Shown: positions 48,971-60,957 of the stretch, piece after piece
Layout: the number at the start of each line of letters is the position of its first letter
Numbering within the stretch: position 1 is the stretch's first letter
Assembly (NCBI RefSeq): GCF_963921235.1
Contig: NC_086097.1
Span: 137,146,001-137,210,000 of the forward strand
From: Mobula hypostoma
Lineage: Eukaryota
Direction of reading: 5' to 3'
Length of the DNA: 64,000 nucleotides
Program-made: the position numbers and the translations under genes
Notes under the pieces: generated by a model
Database searches by the model: none
What the model was told of the DNA's origin: nothing
What the model saw: the letters and a program-made list of their open reading frames with translations, nothing else

Positions 48971-51549
48971 ACTAGAGTCCAGTTGAACGTAAAGTACAGA
49001 AACAGCTTATGAAACCCATCACGCCCCTGTTAAAAGTCCTTCCTTTTCTCTCACATTCTCAACACATGCTTCTATATGAGCTCCCTAGTAAATGATCCAT
49101 TCCATTTGTCTCAACCATTGTAAAGTGGCATTGATCCTTGGTAATGACTGTTCAGCCTTAGTTCAACCCCATCCACTTTTACCAAACAGATATCTCTCGT
49201 CAGGGTGTAGGGGCAGGAAGGCTGGCATACTCTCCTCCCTCTCACATAGCTATGGCCAAATGTCATAGTTACCATAATTTGTCCCCAAAATACATCCACC
49301 CAGTGCACGCATTTCTTGCTGGGGAAATATCGGGCTGGCGCAGCTGAAGTCCATTGATACTGGAACACTTGTTGAAGATGACTGAGAACCGCAGTTCCAT
49401 CAGTCATCACTAGTAGCCAGAAGACTGTGGGTTCAAATCCAGTTTCAGAGTTTCAAAGCACGTTATTCAAACAAATGCCAGTGCAGTATCGAGGGGAGTG
49501 ACGCACTGTCATAGTGTCTATTGGATGAGTTGTGTTCTGGTGGAAATAGAGGTGCTACTGCATTATTTGAAGAGCACCGGGGGATATTCCTGGGTAATCA
49601 ATCACTCTCACTAGAATTAAATTATTTACCCAGAGCCGGCTCGGGGGGCCTATTGTGTACAGATTGGACTCTGTGACTTTTATTTTAAAACAGTGACTAC
49701 ACTTCAACATCTGTGAAGCACATCTGAGGCTATAAAAGGTGGTCTAGGAGTCTCAGTCTCTCTTTTGATGTCTCATCAGACACCCTGACCCCTGTTCTGA
49801 ATCTTAAAAACACAGACAGATCACCTGTAATGTAGATCTCCGACCAGCATTAAGTATAGATGAATGCTCAGGGAAGTTACTTGTGCCATTGACCTGATAA
49901 TCGATCGTCTCTATTTCCATTCTGACCTTCAAAATGAGGAATTCTGTGTTAACAGGACATATGACTCAGCACAGGGCCATTCGGTCTATCGTGGGTATTT
50001 GGTACACCTGCCTAATTCATCCCATTCCCCGCTCCTGCTCTGTGAAATTTTCTCCCTGTACTCCTGGGTGTTTGGGCTTCCACCATTCTTAAAAAGCAGC
50101 ACATCACAGCACAGAGAGACTCGCTGCATGAAGAACCTCTTCTTCACTCCTCTGGCTCTTTATACTGGTTGCCTTAAATCAGACGCTTTTGGCTGCTCAG
50201 CAATTCTAGTAGCCCAATGAGTAGAAAGCGTGCTTCCTTCAGCTGCCCTCTTCTTCCCTATAAGATCCGTGAAAAGCCAGAGGAAATGTTTTCAGGTAAG
50301 GTTACACTTTAAGCTTTCTTATGTAAACACAAAGCAAATATCAATCTTCCAACTCTCAGGACAGCCTGATTAACTCTGACAAGTGTTGGAGATTCAATAG
50401 CGAAGGAGCTGGAAGAAAATACCCCTTGAAGGATTTTCAAAATCCTCAGCATGGGTTTCTCGCCGAGCAGATTAATTAAAGGTGTTCACATTGTCACTGT
50501 TGTGACCTGGTGGATAACAATCCCATGTTTCAGTCGGAAAGCTGGCTGTCCTACTGCGGAGGCATGAGTCAGAAAACTCCACAGCTGGACTGAGGTGATG
50601 GAGCTGCTTTCTTTTGGATTAGTTAAAATGAGGCCTGGTTAGCCCTTTTGAATACACCGTGGCACTGTGTTGGAGAGGAGCGGGGAGGTTATTCCCTGAG
50701 CAACAACCAGTCCGCTGAAGCAGGCTAAACAGCATCTGTGGAGGGAAAGGAACCGTCGTCATTTCAGGTTAAGACCCTGCCCTTTCTCTCCCAGCACAAA
50801 TGATGCTTGTCCTGCCGAGGGCCTCGGGCAGTTAGTTGCTCCAGATTCCAGCATCTGCAGTCTCCTGTGTCTCCTGAATTACTTCCAGAGATCTGATCTC
50901 AGCACAAGTGGGCTAGATTTATCTGGTCATCATCATACTGGAGTTTATGACAGCCTGCTGTGCATTCATTGGGTTGTTTTCCAGACTGCGACAGTACATA
51001 CATTTGAGAATAAAAAGGTAAATCATCTCTAAAGTGCTTTAGATCAGCTTGGGTGTGAGAACAATAATGCAAACGTGTGCTTTGTTCCTGTGCTGGGGCC
51101 AATTTGTGTTAGGGAGGGTTGCTGGAGCCACTTTATACGAGGAGGTATGCTGGCAGACTGGAGGCTCTGGCAGTCTCACTACATGCAGTACGTGAATTTC
51201 TCTGCACTCCAACACGGGAGCTGGCTGACTGCAGAAGGACTCTGTTTATGGCCGATTCTTAATTCTTTTTTCCAGCAATGACAGTTCTCTCCCCCGCCCA
51301 TTTTTGTCCCCTTGCCTTATGCTTTCCTTGGCACTCGGTCTTTCGAGACATACAGAAATCTGCTCTGTCCAGGACTTCTTTAAAATCCAGATTTTTGAAT
51401 GTAAGTTTATTCTTTTGATTTTTTTTATATAGCCAACTCATCAGGAAGAGAGTCTTCCCTTTATCGCTTGGATATTTGTCCTGGTTTTTCTATTTGGCTT
51501 TCATTTTGACTGACATAAACCTATCTTTGCAGGAAAAAGATACTTTATT

Positions 51550-52340
51550 ATAGAACATAGAACAGTACAGCACAAGAACAGGCCCTTCGGCCCATAACGT
51601 CTGTGCTGAGCATCATGTCAAATTACTCTGATCTCTTCAACCTGACCATGATCCCCTGCATATTAAAGATAGAGGAGTGAAGGGATATGGGGAGAAGGCA
51701 GGAAAAGGGTACCGATTGTGGATGATCAGGCATGACCACAGTGAATGGTGGTGCTGGCTCGAAGGGCTGAATGGCCTACTCCTGCACCTCTTGTCTATTG
51801 TCTTTATTCATGTGCCTATCTAAAAGCCTCTTGAACACCACTGTCCTTTCTGCTTCCACCACTATCCCTGGCAGCCCATTCTAGGCACCAACCACTCTCT
51901 GTGTTTAAAAAAAAGCTTGCCAGCACATCCCCCTTAAATTTTTAAAGCGATGCCATCTAGTATTCAGTATTTCTACCCTGGGAAAAATAATCTGTCTATC
52001 TTATCTATGCTTCCCTTAACTTTATAAACTCCTTTCAGGTCTGCTGTCAGCCTCTGCCGCTCTGGAGAAAGGAATCCAAGTTTTTTCAACCTCTCCTTGT
52101 AGCTAATGCCTTCTAATCCAGGCAACACCCTGGTAAACCACTTTTAAACCCTCTCAAAAGCCATTACATCCTTCCTGTTGTGGGGTAGCCAGAAGTGCAC
52201 ACAATACTTCGTGTGACCTAAGCGAAGGTTTATATTACTGTAACGTGACTTCCCGCCTCTCAGCTGATGTAGCCAAGCATGCTATATGGCTTCTCCACCA
52301 CTCTGTGTACTTATGCTGCCAGGGAGCCATGGACTTAGAT
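51550..52340 (-). mobile_element. CR1 3' fragment carrying a nested opposite-strand CR1 tail (~51665-51805)
   Basis: tagaacatagaacagtacagcac tail. The nested segment is the reverse complement of the 34100-34230 tail (ggatatggggagaaggcagga...ctcctgcacct.ttgtctattgtct). Confidence 0.7.
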
Positions 52341-52504
52341 CCCAGGTTTAACCTCGAGATTTAACGAGAGCGACGTATCAAGTATATTCCTATAAGGGCA
52401 GTGGAAGCAGATTCAAAAGGGAATTTAAAAAAAATACTCTGGGAGGCAATGGGAAAGAGCAGGGAGTAGGCAGCTCCTGATAGGCCAAATGGTGTCTTAC
52501 TACA

Positions 52505-52640
52505 CTGAGCAACACACACAGGACAGTGAAGGGTTTCGGCCTGAAACGTCGACTGTACTCTTTTCCTAGGTGCTGCCCGGCCCGCTGAGTTCCTCCAGCA
52601 TTTTGTGTGTGCTGCATCTGCAGATTTTCTCTTGCTTGTG
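52505..52640 (+). mobile_element. Penelope pLTR remnant with a partial hammerhead
   Basis: gtgaagggtttcggcctgaaacgtcgactgt...gctgagttcctccagcattttgtgtgt; the CUGA part of the core is missing. Confidence 0.7.
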
Positions 52641-53399
52641 ATTATCTTCTTATACCCCACCATTCTATAAACATCTGGTATGAATATGGATTACTGAGTC
52701 AATACACAAGCAACCTCCTTTCAGCAGTTTAGCACAAACTATCAACTGGCCTACAGTCAAAAATATTGTACTAGGGCATGAAGAACCGGGTGCTCCTTGC
52801 CTAAGATAGAAGCCGAGTTAGTCAAAGAGTTTTCATACCCTTTAGCACAATGGTTTGGAAGTTGGGAAACACTCTCAGAATACACCAAACGTTGGTACTG
52901 GTTATACAGAAGTGAATTGTGTCAGGTCAGTGGGTAATGGGTTTGTGATGACTCATGGTTTGAGCCATTACAAGCAAGCTGATTACCCAATGACCTGCCA
53001 CTAGATCATGAATACTGGCAGTCGAAGAGCCCACTAGAAAATGCCCAGGACACAAGTGGTCCTGGAAGGGCTGGCAGTTGGGGGTCGGTGAGTATGATGG
53101 ACCAGTGGGGTAGTGTGTATCTTCCTGCCTCAGGGGGAGAGTAGAACATTATCTGAGTAGCTACAAAGATGCAAATGACTGCATCTCACAGGGGCCGTGG
53201 CAATTAATGCGAAAAGTGGCCAACCTGGGTTACTAGGATGTAAGGCGCGCTGAAAGAGAATGCAAATTTGCGAAACTAGTCTCTTTGGGCCTGGGAGAGA
53301 AGGAGGTGAGGGTAAAATAGTCGCGAGGAATAGCATGGAGGAACCTTCCTGGTTTTACTTGCTAGGAGAAAGTTTAATAACCTCACCAAACAGAAGAGG

Positions 53400-54240
53400 T
53401 TGAGTTGGAATCTAATAAAGATATTCAAGTTCACAGTCAAGACAGAAAGGATAGAGAGAATCTGTTCCCATTGGCAGAAAGATTAAGGAGAAGGACATTT
53501 AAAATGAAGTTGATTGGCAAAGAAAAATTCAAAATATTTTATACAGTGAGGTTCTGGAATATTCTGCTTGTGAGGTAGTGGAGGGGAATTCAAATGCCAT
53601 GTTCAAAGGGCCGCTGGATAAATCCCCAAAAATAAAAAATAAATAATAAGGAATGGGACTGGCTGGATCGCTCTTACATTGATCCAGCATTGACTTGATG
53701 GGCCAAATGGCCTCCTTCCATCTATAACTAATCTTTGATTCTGTGAGATGATGTTAGAAAGTTGACCAAAGTTTTGGTGAGAATGCTGGGGTTTTAAGGA
53801 GAGAGTTCATAGAATCATATAGTACAGACATGGTCCCTTTTAGCCCAATTTTCCATGCTGATCATGGTGTCTACTTACATTAATCTAACTTGCCTGCAAT
53901 AAGGCCATATCCCACTTTTCTTATCCAAGTACTTTTAAATGTTGTAAGTGTATCTGCCTCCATCGCCTCTTCTGGCAACTAGTTCAGCACCCTCAGGGTG
54001 AAAAACCTACCCCTCAGATTACTTTTAAATGTTTCCCCTCTCACCTTAAACTTGTGTCCTCTACTTATAGATTCCCCTGCCTTAATGGGGAGGGAGGGGG
54101 AAACTTCTAAGCATCTCTACAATCTATGCTCCTCGTAATTTGGTAAAACTCTAGAAGGGTTACCTCTGCTCCAGTGAGAATACTCCATCTTTCCTTATAA
54201 CTACAGCCCCCTATTACAGCCTGGTGAATCTCTTGAAGGG
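53400..54240. mobile_element. Two old CR1 3' fragments in tail-to-tail orientation
   Basis: + strand tail ttgatgggccaaatggcctccttc near 53700; minus-strand tail catagaatcatatagtacaga near 53810. Confidence 0.5.
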
Positions 54241-55629
54241 GCAAGGTGGGGGTTCCAAAGAGTGATAACTTGGCAGTAGAGAGATTAAAATCAGAGGCAC
54301 TCAAAAACTAGAATTAGAAGGGATGGAAAAGGACTTTTCATTTCTATATCCCCTTTTTTCACCTCACTACACCATAGGTACGTCACAGCCAATGAAGCAC
54401 TTCTGAAATCATTTTCCCGTAACAACACAGGGTACCTGGCAGCAATGTACGTGCAGCAAGATCTTACAGCTGCAACTTGTCAATGAACAGATTGTCAGTT
54501 TTTAGTGATGTTGTTTGGGGAGTTAGTAATGGCCAAGTACACTGTGGTGTATTGCCATGAGCTCTTCTGACGCCCCCCACTCCCCCGAGAGGACGGGCAG
54601 CTTCAGTGCTTCACGTCTCACTTGGAAGCTAGAAGTGGCAGTGGTGAACACCTCCTCAATTCAGGATTGTGTGGAGATCTGGGTCAGGATCTCATGGTGG
54701 AAATGGAATCCGGAGACCCTGGACTGGTGAACTGGAAGAGCTCCATAATCTAGAAGGTTTGTGGGGCTGGAGGAGAGCTGCCTTCAATCCAAAGTACGCA
54801 ATTGGCAGAGCTGAATTTTCACAAGCATTCCAATAGTCTCGCTCAGCCTCTGGCTTTTGAAACAGTCTCGTTGGTTTTACAAGCAGTTCATATGTCAATG
54901 TCACACCTGCTATTGCACTTACCTGGAAGAGGCTACTGGAAGGGTTCAGAGTGACTAAATTCACATTGCTTTAGTTTCTCGTAACCTTCTCGGATAGATT
55001 TGGAAAGCAATCGAAGTTTTTAATATTCCAGCCAAAATTCAGGGCCTGAATCGGTGCCAGTATCAACCAGACCTACCCCAGGCATAATCATAATTTACTA
55101 AAGAGACAGCGTATGTGAGATGACGGAGTTTGATTTTATCCACGCTAAGAGGGAAGTGAGTTAGATCCAGGAATCTGCTCTTAATATAAGTATTAAATAA
55201 GATTTAAATTGTCTCAATACAGCTTAGATAGAACGTTCTTTGATCTATTAAGTCCATATAAAGAAAGTTATGTATTCCTTGGTGTTTCTTTATTATTGTC
55301 CCCTGTACCAAGATACAGTTTGTTTTGTGTTCTGTTCATACAGATCAAATCATTACACAGGTGGTGGAAAGCAATTACAAAATGCTTTTCACCACTACAA
55401 TGAAAGCCCTTTGAACCAATAAAGTTTATTAAATTGTGGTCAGTAATGTGGAAGAGACAGCAGCAATCCCCTAACAGGAAACTCCCACACTTGATGATGA
55501 TCAAGTCTAACATTGCTCATTGAAAAATGGAAAAAGTTAGAACCTGGAACCGGGAACAGTCCAGCACAGGAACAGGCTCTTCAGCCAACATTGTCTGTGC
55601 TGACTATGATACCGACCTAAAGTAAGTCC

Positions 55630-57130
55630 AAAAGCTGCGCATGAACCAGGAGTTACGTCATCTGCTGAAGGCTAGATCTGTGGCATTCAAGTCTGGCAAC
55701 CCAGGCCTGGACCAGAAAACCAGATATGATTTGCAGAGGGCTACTTCAAGGGAAAAGGAACGATTTCGAACGAGGTTGGAGGTGATATCAGGTGCACGGC
55801 AACTCTGGCAGGGACTGCAAGACATCACTTCTACAAAGCAAAACCCAGTAGTATGAATGGCAGCGATGCTTCACTACCAGATGAACTCAACACCTTCTAT
55901 GCCCTCTTTGAAAAGGAGAACACAACTACAGCTGTGAAGATTCCTGCTGCACCTGATGACCCTGTGACCTCTGTCTCAGAGGCCGATGTTAGACTATCCT
56001 TGGAGAGGGAGAAACCTCGCAAGGCAGGAGGTTGCAATGGAGTTATTGGTAAGGCTCTGAAAACCTGTGCCAGCCAACTGGCGGGAGTATTCAAGGACAT
56101 TTTCAACCTCTCACTGCTACGGGCAGAAGTTCCCACTTGCTTCAAAAAAGGCAACAATTATACCAGTGCCAAAGAAGAATAACGTGAGCTGCCTTAATGA
56201 CTATCGCCCAGTAGCACTCACATCTCAGTGAAGAAATGCTTTGAGAGGTTGGTTATGACTAGACTGAACTCCTGCCTCAGCAAGGACCTGGACCCATTGC
56301 AGTTTGCCTATCGCCACAATAGGTCAACGGTAGATGCAATCTCAATGGCTCTCCACACAGCTTTAGACCACCTGGACAACACAAACACCCACATCAGGAT
56401 GCTGTTCATTGACTATAGCTCAGTATTTAGTACCATCATTCCCACAATCCTAATTAAGAAGTTGCAGAGCTGGGCCTCTGTACTTCCCTCTGTAATTGCA
56501 TCCTCGACTTCCCAACCAGAAGACCACAGTCTGTGCGGATTGGTGATAACATATCCTCCTCGCTGACGATCAACATTGGCGCACCTCAGGGGTGTGTGCT
56601 TAGCCCACTGATCTACTCTCCATATACACATGACTGTGCGGCTAGGCGTAGCTCAAATACCATCTACAAATTTGCTGATGATACAACCATTGGTGATAGA
56701 ATCTCAGGTGGTGACGAGAGGGCGTAGAAGAGTGAGATATGCCAACTAGTGGAATGGTGCCGCAGTAACAACCTGGCACTCAACGTCAGTAAGATGAAAG
56801 AGCTGATTGTGGACTTCAGGAAGGGTAAGATGAAGGAACACATACCAATCCTCATAGAGGGATCAGAAGTGGAGAGGGTGAGCAGTTTCAAGTTCCTGGG
56901 TGACAAGATCTCTGAGGATCTAACCTGGTCCCAACGTATCGATGTAGTTATAAAGAAGGCAAGACAGCGGCTATACTTCACTAGGAGTTTGAAGAGATTT
57001 GGGATGTCAACAAATACACTCAAAAACTTCTATAGATGTACTATGGAGAGCATTCTGACAGGCTGCATCACTGTCTGATATGAGGTGTGGGTGGGGCTAC
57101 TGCACAGGACCGAAAGAAGCTGCAGAAGGT
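55630..57130 (+). mobile_element. Rex1/Babar LINE RT fragment nested in the CR1 3' end
   Basis: [82 protein letters not shown] and KKARQRLYF.R.LKRF; several frameshifts and stops. Confidence 0.92.
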
Positions 57131-57710
57131 TGCCTGCTCTCTTCAGCACTGTTATTATATCTGTTACCATCACCTCCTCCAGCAGTACCTGCAGGCACAT
57201 AACATTCTCAGTGTAAAAAGCTCCCCTCATAAATAAACTTAACACTCTCACCTGAACCTCTGCCTTCTAATATTTGAGTTTCGCCCTAAGAAAAAGATCA
57301 TCAGCCCTATTTATACCTCTCGTAGTTTTATAAACTCCTATCAGGCTTGCCCTCTGCCTCCTACATTCCAGAGAAAACAACCCAAATTTCTCCAGCTTCT
57401 GCTTAGAGATGATTATTCTACAATCCAAGCAAAGTCCTTGTGAGCTGCTTCTTCGACTTTTGCTCCCACCCTTTGCCTTCCGTGGGCATCATTTCCAAAT
57501 CTATGCAGCTCAGTTTCCCGGATTGCATCCCTCTTGACTTTCTAAATGAGCCTACCACGGGGAATCATGTTGAATGCCTTACGAAGCATATACACCATGC
57601 CCACTGCTCTGCTCCCATCAACTTGTTTTGTCAATTCCTTTAAAAACTCAATCGGGCTTGAGGGACCTGCTCTTCACAAAGTCATGCTGACTACACCTAA
57701 TCAGACTATG

Positions 57711-58511
57711 ATAGATAGATAGATAGATAGATCTACTTTATTAATCCTGAAGGAAATTTGTTTTCATTACAGCCGCACCAACCAAGAATAGAGCATAAAT
57801 ATAGCAATACAAAAACCCCCAACAATCAAACAACAAAATGCAAACTATGCCAGATGGAAAATAAGTCCAGGACCAGTCTATTGGCTCGGGATGTCTGACC
57901 CTCCACGGGAGGAGCTGCACGTTCGATGGCCACAGGCAGGAACGACCTCCCGTGCCGCCAAGTGTTGTATCACGGTGGAATGTGGCGGAAGTCCAACAGT
58001 AAAAAGTTCAATATCCAGTCTGCAAACACGTTCCTTGATCGTAATATGCCCCGGATTGCACCATCCGTTGTTAACCAGATCAGTAAGCACCCAACTCCTT
58101 TACGCTTACCGCTCTCAGTGCACTTCCGGTCAGCCGGAACGGTATTACCCACCGAACTCCTTTTCTCCAAAAGTCTCTGTTGTCTCGACCCGGTCCTCTT
58201 TCCTTGGCTTTGTGATCCCCCTCTGCATCCTCTGTGTGTTTTCCTCTGGATTTCAGCAGGGGTGTCCGCCGCTCTGTTCGCTAAGCCAGCCGGTATTTGC
58301 TGGTCCGTGGAATACACAATGCGACCTTGCTTCTGTCCCGCGTGTCGGGATGTAACCACTTCCAGCGCTAAAGAAACCCCAAATAAAACTCTCTCTACCA
58401 GCATGTTAAAGAGGGTGCAGCTTCGACGTGTTACCGTGAGAAAAAAAATAGAAAAAATAACGTAAATTAAAAAGTAAGAAGAATAAAGTAAGAATAGATT
58501 GGAACGGCTGT
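57711..58511 (-). mobile_element. Internally deleted, non-autonomous Rex1-like element with (ATCT)n tail and 6-bp TSD
   Basis: 5' part encodes RIVYS.DQ...P.EI.RKTHRGCRGG (Rex1-like pre-endonuclease N-terminus); 3' part has RSFLPVAI (Rex1-like C-terminus). AATAAA plus (ATCT)n tail. ACTATG at 57705-57710 and 58512-58517. Confidence 0.7.
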
Positions 58512-59748
58512 ACTATGCTCGTAAATCTGGTCTCCAAGGATCTTCTCCAATTGTTTATACCGCTGATGTGAGGCTCACTGTTCTATAATTCCCAAGATTA
58601 TCACTATTAGCTTACTTGAACAAAGGTATAGCATTTGCTGCTCTCCAGTACTACTCCTGTGGCAGGTGAGGATGAAAAAATCATCACCAATGCCAGAGCA
58701 AAATCTTCCCTCAGTTCCCATAGTAACCTGGGATATATCTCGTCTAGCACCAAGGTGTTATCTGTCCTAATGTTTTTCATGAGTTCCAAAATGTCCACTT
58801 CCTTAACCTCAACGTAGTCCAGTGCACTAGCCTGTTCTTTCTGATCTCTCATTCGTTAAGACCTTTCTCACTGAGGAATACTGAAGCAAAGTATTCATTA
58901 AGCATCTCTCCACCTCCTCTGACTCCAGGCACGTGTTTCCTACTTTGTCCTGGATCGATCCTACACTCACTCTAGTCATCTATCTGTTCTTATCGCATGT
59001 GTATAATACCTTCACCATATTTACCAAGGCCTTCTCATGTCCACTTCTAGCTTTCCTCAATCCTTTCTGAAACTGTTTCCTGGTTACCTTATAACTCTTC
59101 AGAGTCCTGACTGATCTTTGCTTCTTAAACAAAAAGTAAGCTTCTTTCTTTCTCTTGACTAGATATTCCGCATCTCTTGTCAACCGTGGTTCCTTCACCC
59201 TACCATCCTTTCCCTGCCTCATGGGTCAAAAGTACCCAGAATCCTATGCAAATGCTCCCTAAACAACCTCCGCAGTTCCATTATGCATTTCCTCGAGTAC
59301 ACCTTTTCCCATTTTATGCTCCCAAGTTCCTGCCTAATTGCATCATAATTCACCCTCTCCCAATTAAATACTTTCCCATACCATCTTCTTCTATCCCTCT
59401 GCAAGGCTATCGTGAAGTTCAAGGAGTTGTGGCACTGTCTCCAAATTGCTCACCTACATCTAATGACCTGTCTATATATTGTGTCAGGAATTCTTCAAAG
59501 CTAACAAATTCTGCCCTATTTCAATGTTTTGGAGGTGACAGTCAATATTAGGGAAGTTGAAGTCACCCAATCCTATTATTTTTGCACCTTTCCAAAACTC
59601 TGCCTCTTGACCTGCTCCTCAGAGTTTATGCTGCTTTTGGGCATCCTGTAGAATATTCCCAATTCAGATGACTGTTCCCTTCCTGTTTCTGACTTTGACC
59701 AATGTTGACTCAGTAAATGATCCCTCTCCGATATCCTTCCTTTCTGCA

Positions 59749-60957
59749 GCTGTGATACTCTCCCCAATTATCACAGCCACCCTCCACGCTGTGATACTCT
59801 CCCCGATTATCAATGCCACTCCCCACGCTGTGATACTCTCCCCAATTATCACAGCCACCCTCCACGCTGTGATACTCTCCCCAATTATCACAGCCACCCT
59901 CCACGCTGTGATACTCTCCCCGATTATCAATGCCACTCCCCACGCTGTGATACTCTCCCCAATTATCACAGCCACTCCCCACGCTGTGATACTCTCCCCA
60001 ATTATCACAGCCACCCTCCACGCTGTGATACTCTCCCCAATTATCACAGCCACCCTCCACGCTGTGATACTCTCCCCGATTATCAATGCCACTCCCCACG
60101 CTGTGATACTCTCCCCAATTATCACAGCCACCCTCCACGCTGTGATACTCTCCCCAATTATCACAGCCACCCTCCACGCTGTGATACTCTCCCCGATTAT
60201 CAATGCCACTCCCCACGCTGTGGTACTCTCCCCAATTATCACAGCCACTCCCCACGCTGTGATACTCTCCCCAATTATCACAGCCACCCTCCACGCTGTG
60301 ATACTCTCCCCGATTATCAATGCCACTCCCCACGCTGTGATACTCTCCCCAATTATCACAGCCACCCTCCACGCTGTGATACTCTCCCCAATTATCACAG
60401 CCACCCTCCACGCTGTGATACTCTCCCCGATTATCAATGCCACTCCCCACGCTGTGATACTCTCCCCAATTATCACAGCCACCCTCCACGCTGTGATACT
60501 CTCCCCAATTATCACAGCCACCCTCCACGCTGTGATACTCTCCCCAATTATCACAGCCACCCTCCACGCTGTGGTACTCTCCCCAATTATCACAGCCACC
60601 CTCCACGCTGTGATACTCTCCCCAATTATCACAGCCACCCTCCACGCTGTGATACTCTCCCCAATTATCACAGCCACCCTCCACGCTGTGGTACTCTCCC
60701 CAATTATCACAGCCACCCTCCACGCTGTGGTACTCTCCCCAATTATCACAGCCACCCTCCACGCTGTGATACTCTCCCCAATTATCACAGCCACCCTCCA
60801 CGCTGTGATACTCTCCCCGATTATCAATGCCACTCCCCACGCTGTGATACTCTCCCCGATTATCAGAGCCACTCCCCACGCTGTGATACTCTCCCCGATT
60901 ATCAGAGCCACTCCCCACGCTGTGATACTCTCCCCGATTATCAGAGCCACTCTCCGC
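59749..60957. repeat. 39-bp minisatellite, 31 units, derived from the CR1 endonuclease coding sequence
   Basis: Unit GCTGTGATACTCTCCCC[A/G]ATTATCA[CA/AT/GA]GCCAC[C/T]C[T/C]CCAC. Unit starts run from 59749 to 60919, exactly 30 x 39. Confidence 0.97.

Noticed and set aside
50270..50305. + strand consensus donor CAG|GTAAGG in unique DNA
   Set aside because: Isolated site with no supporting acceptor, ORF or promoter; expected by chance.
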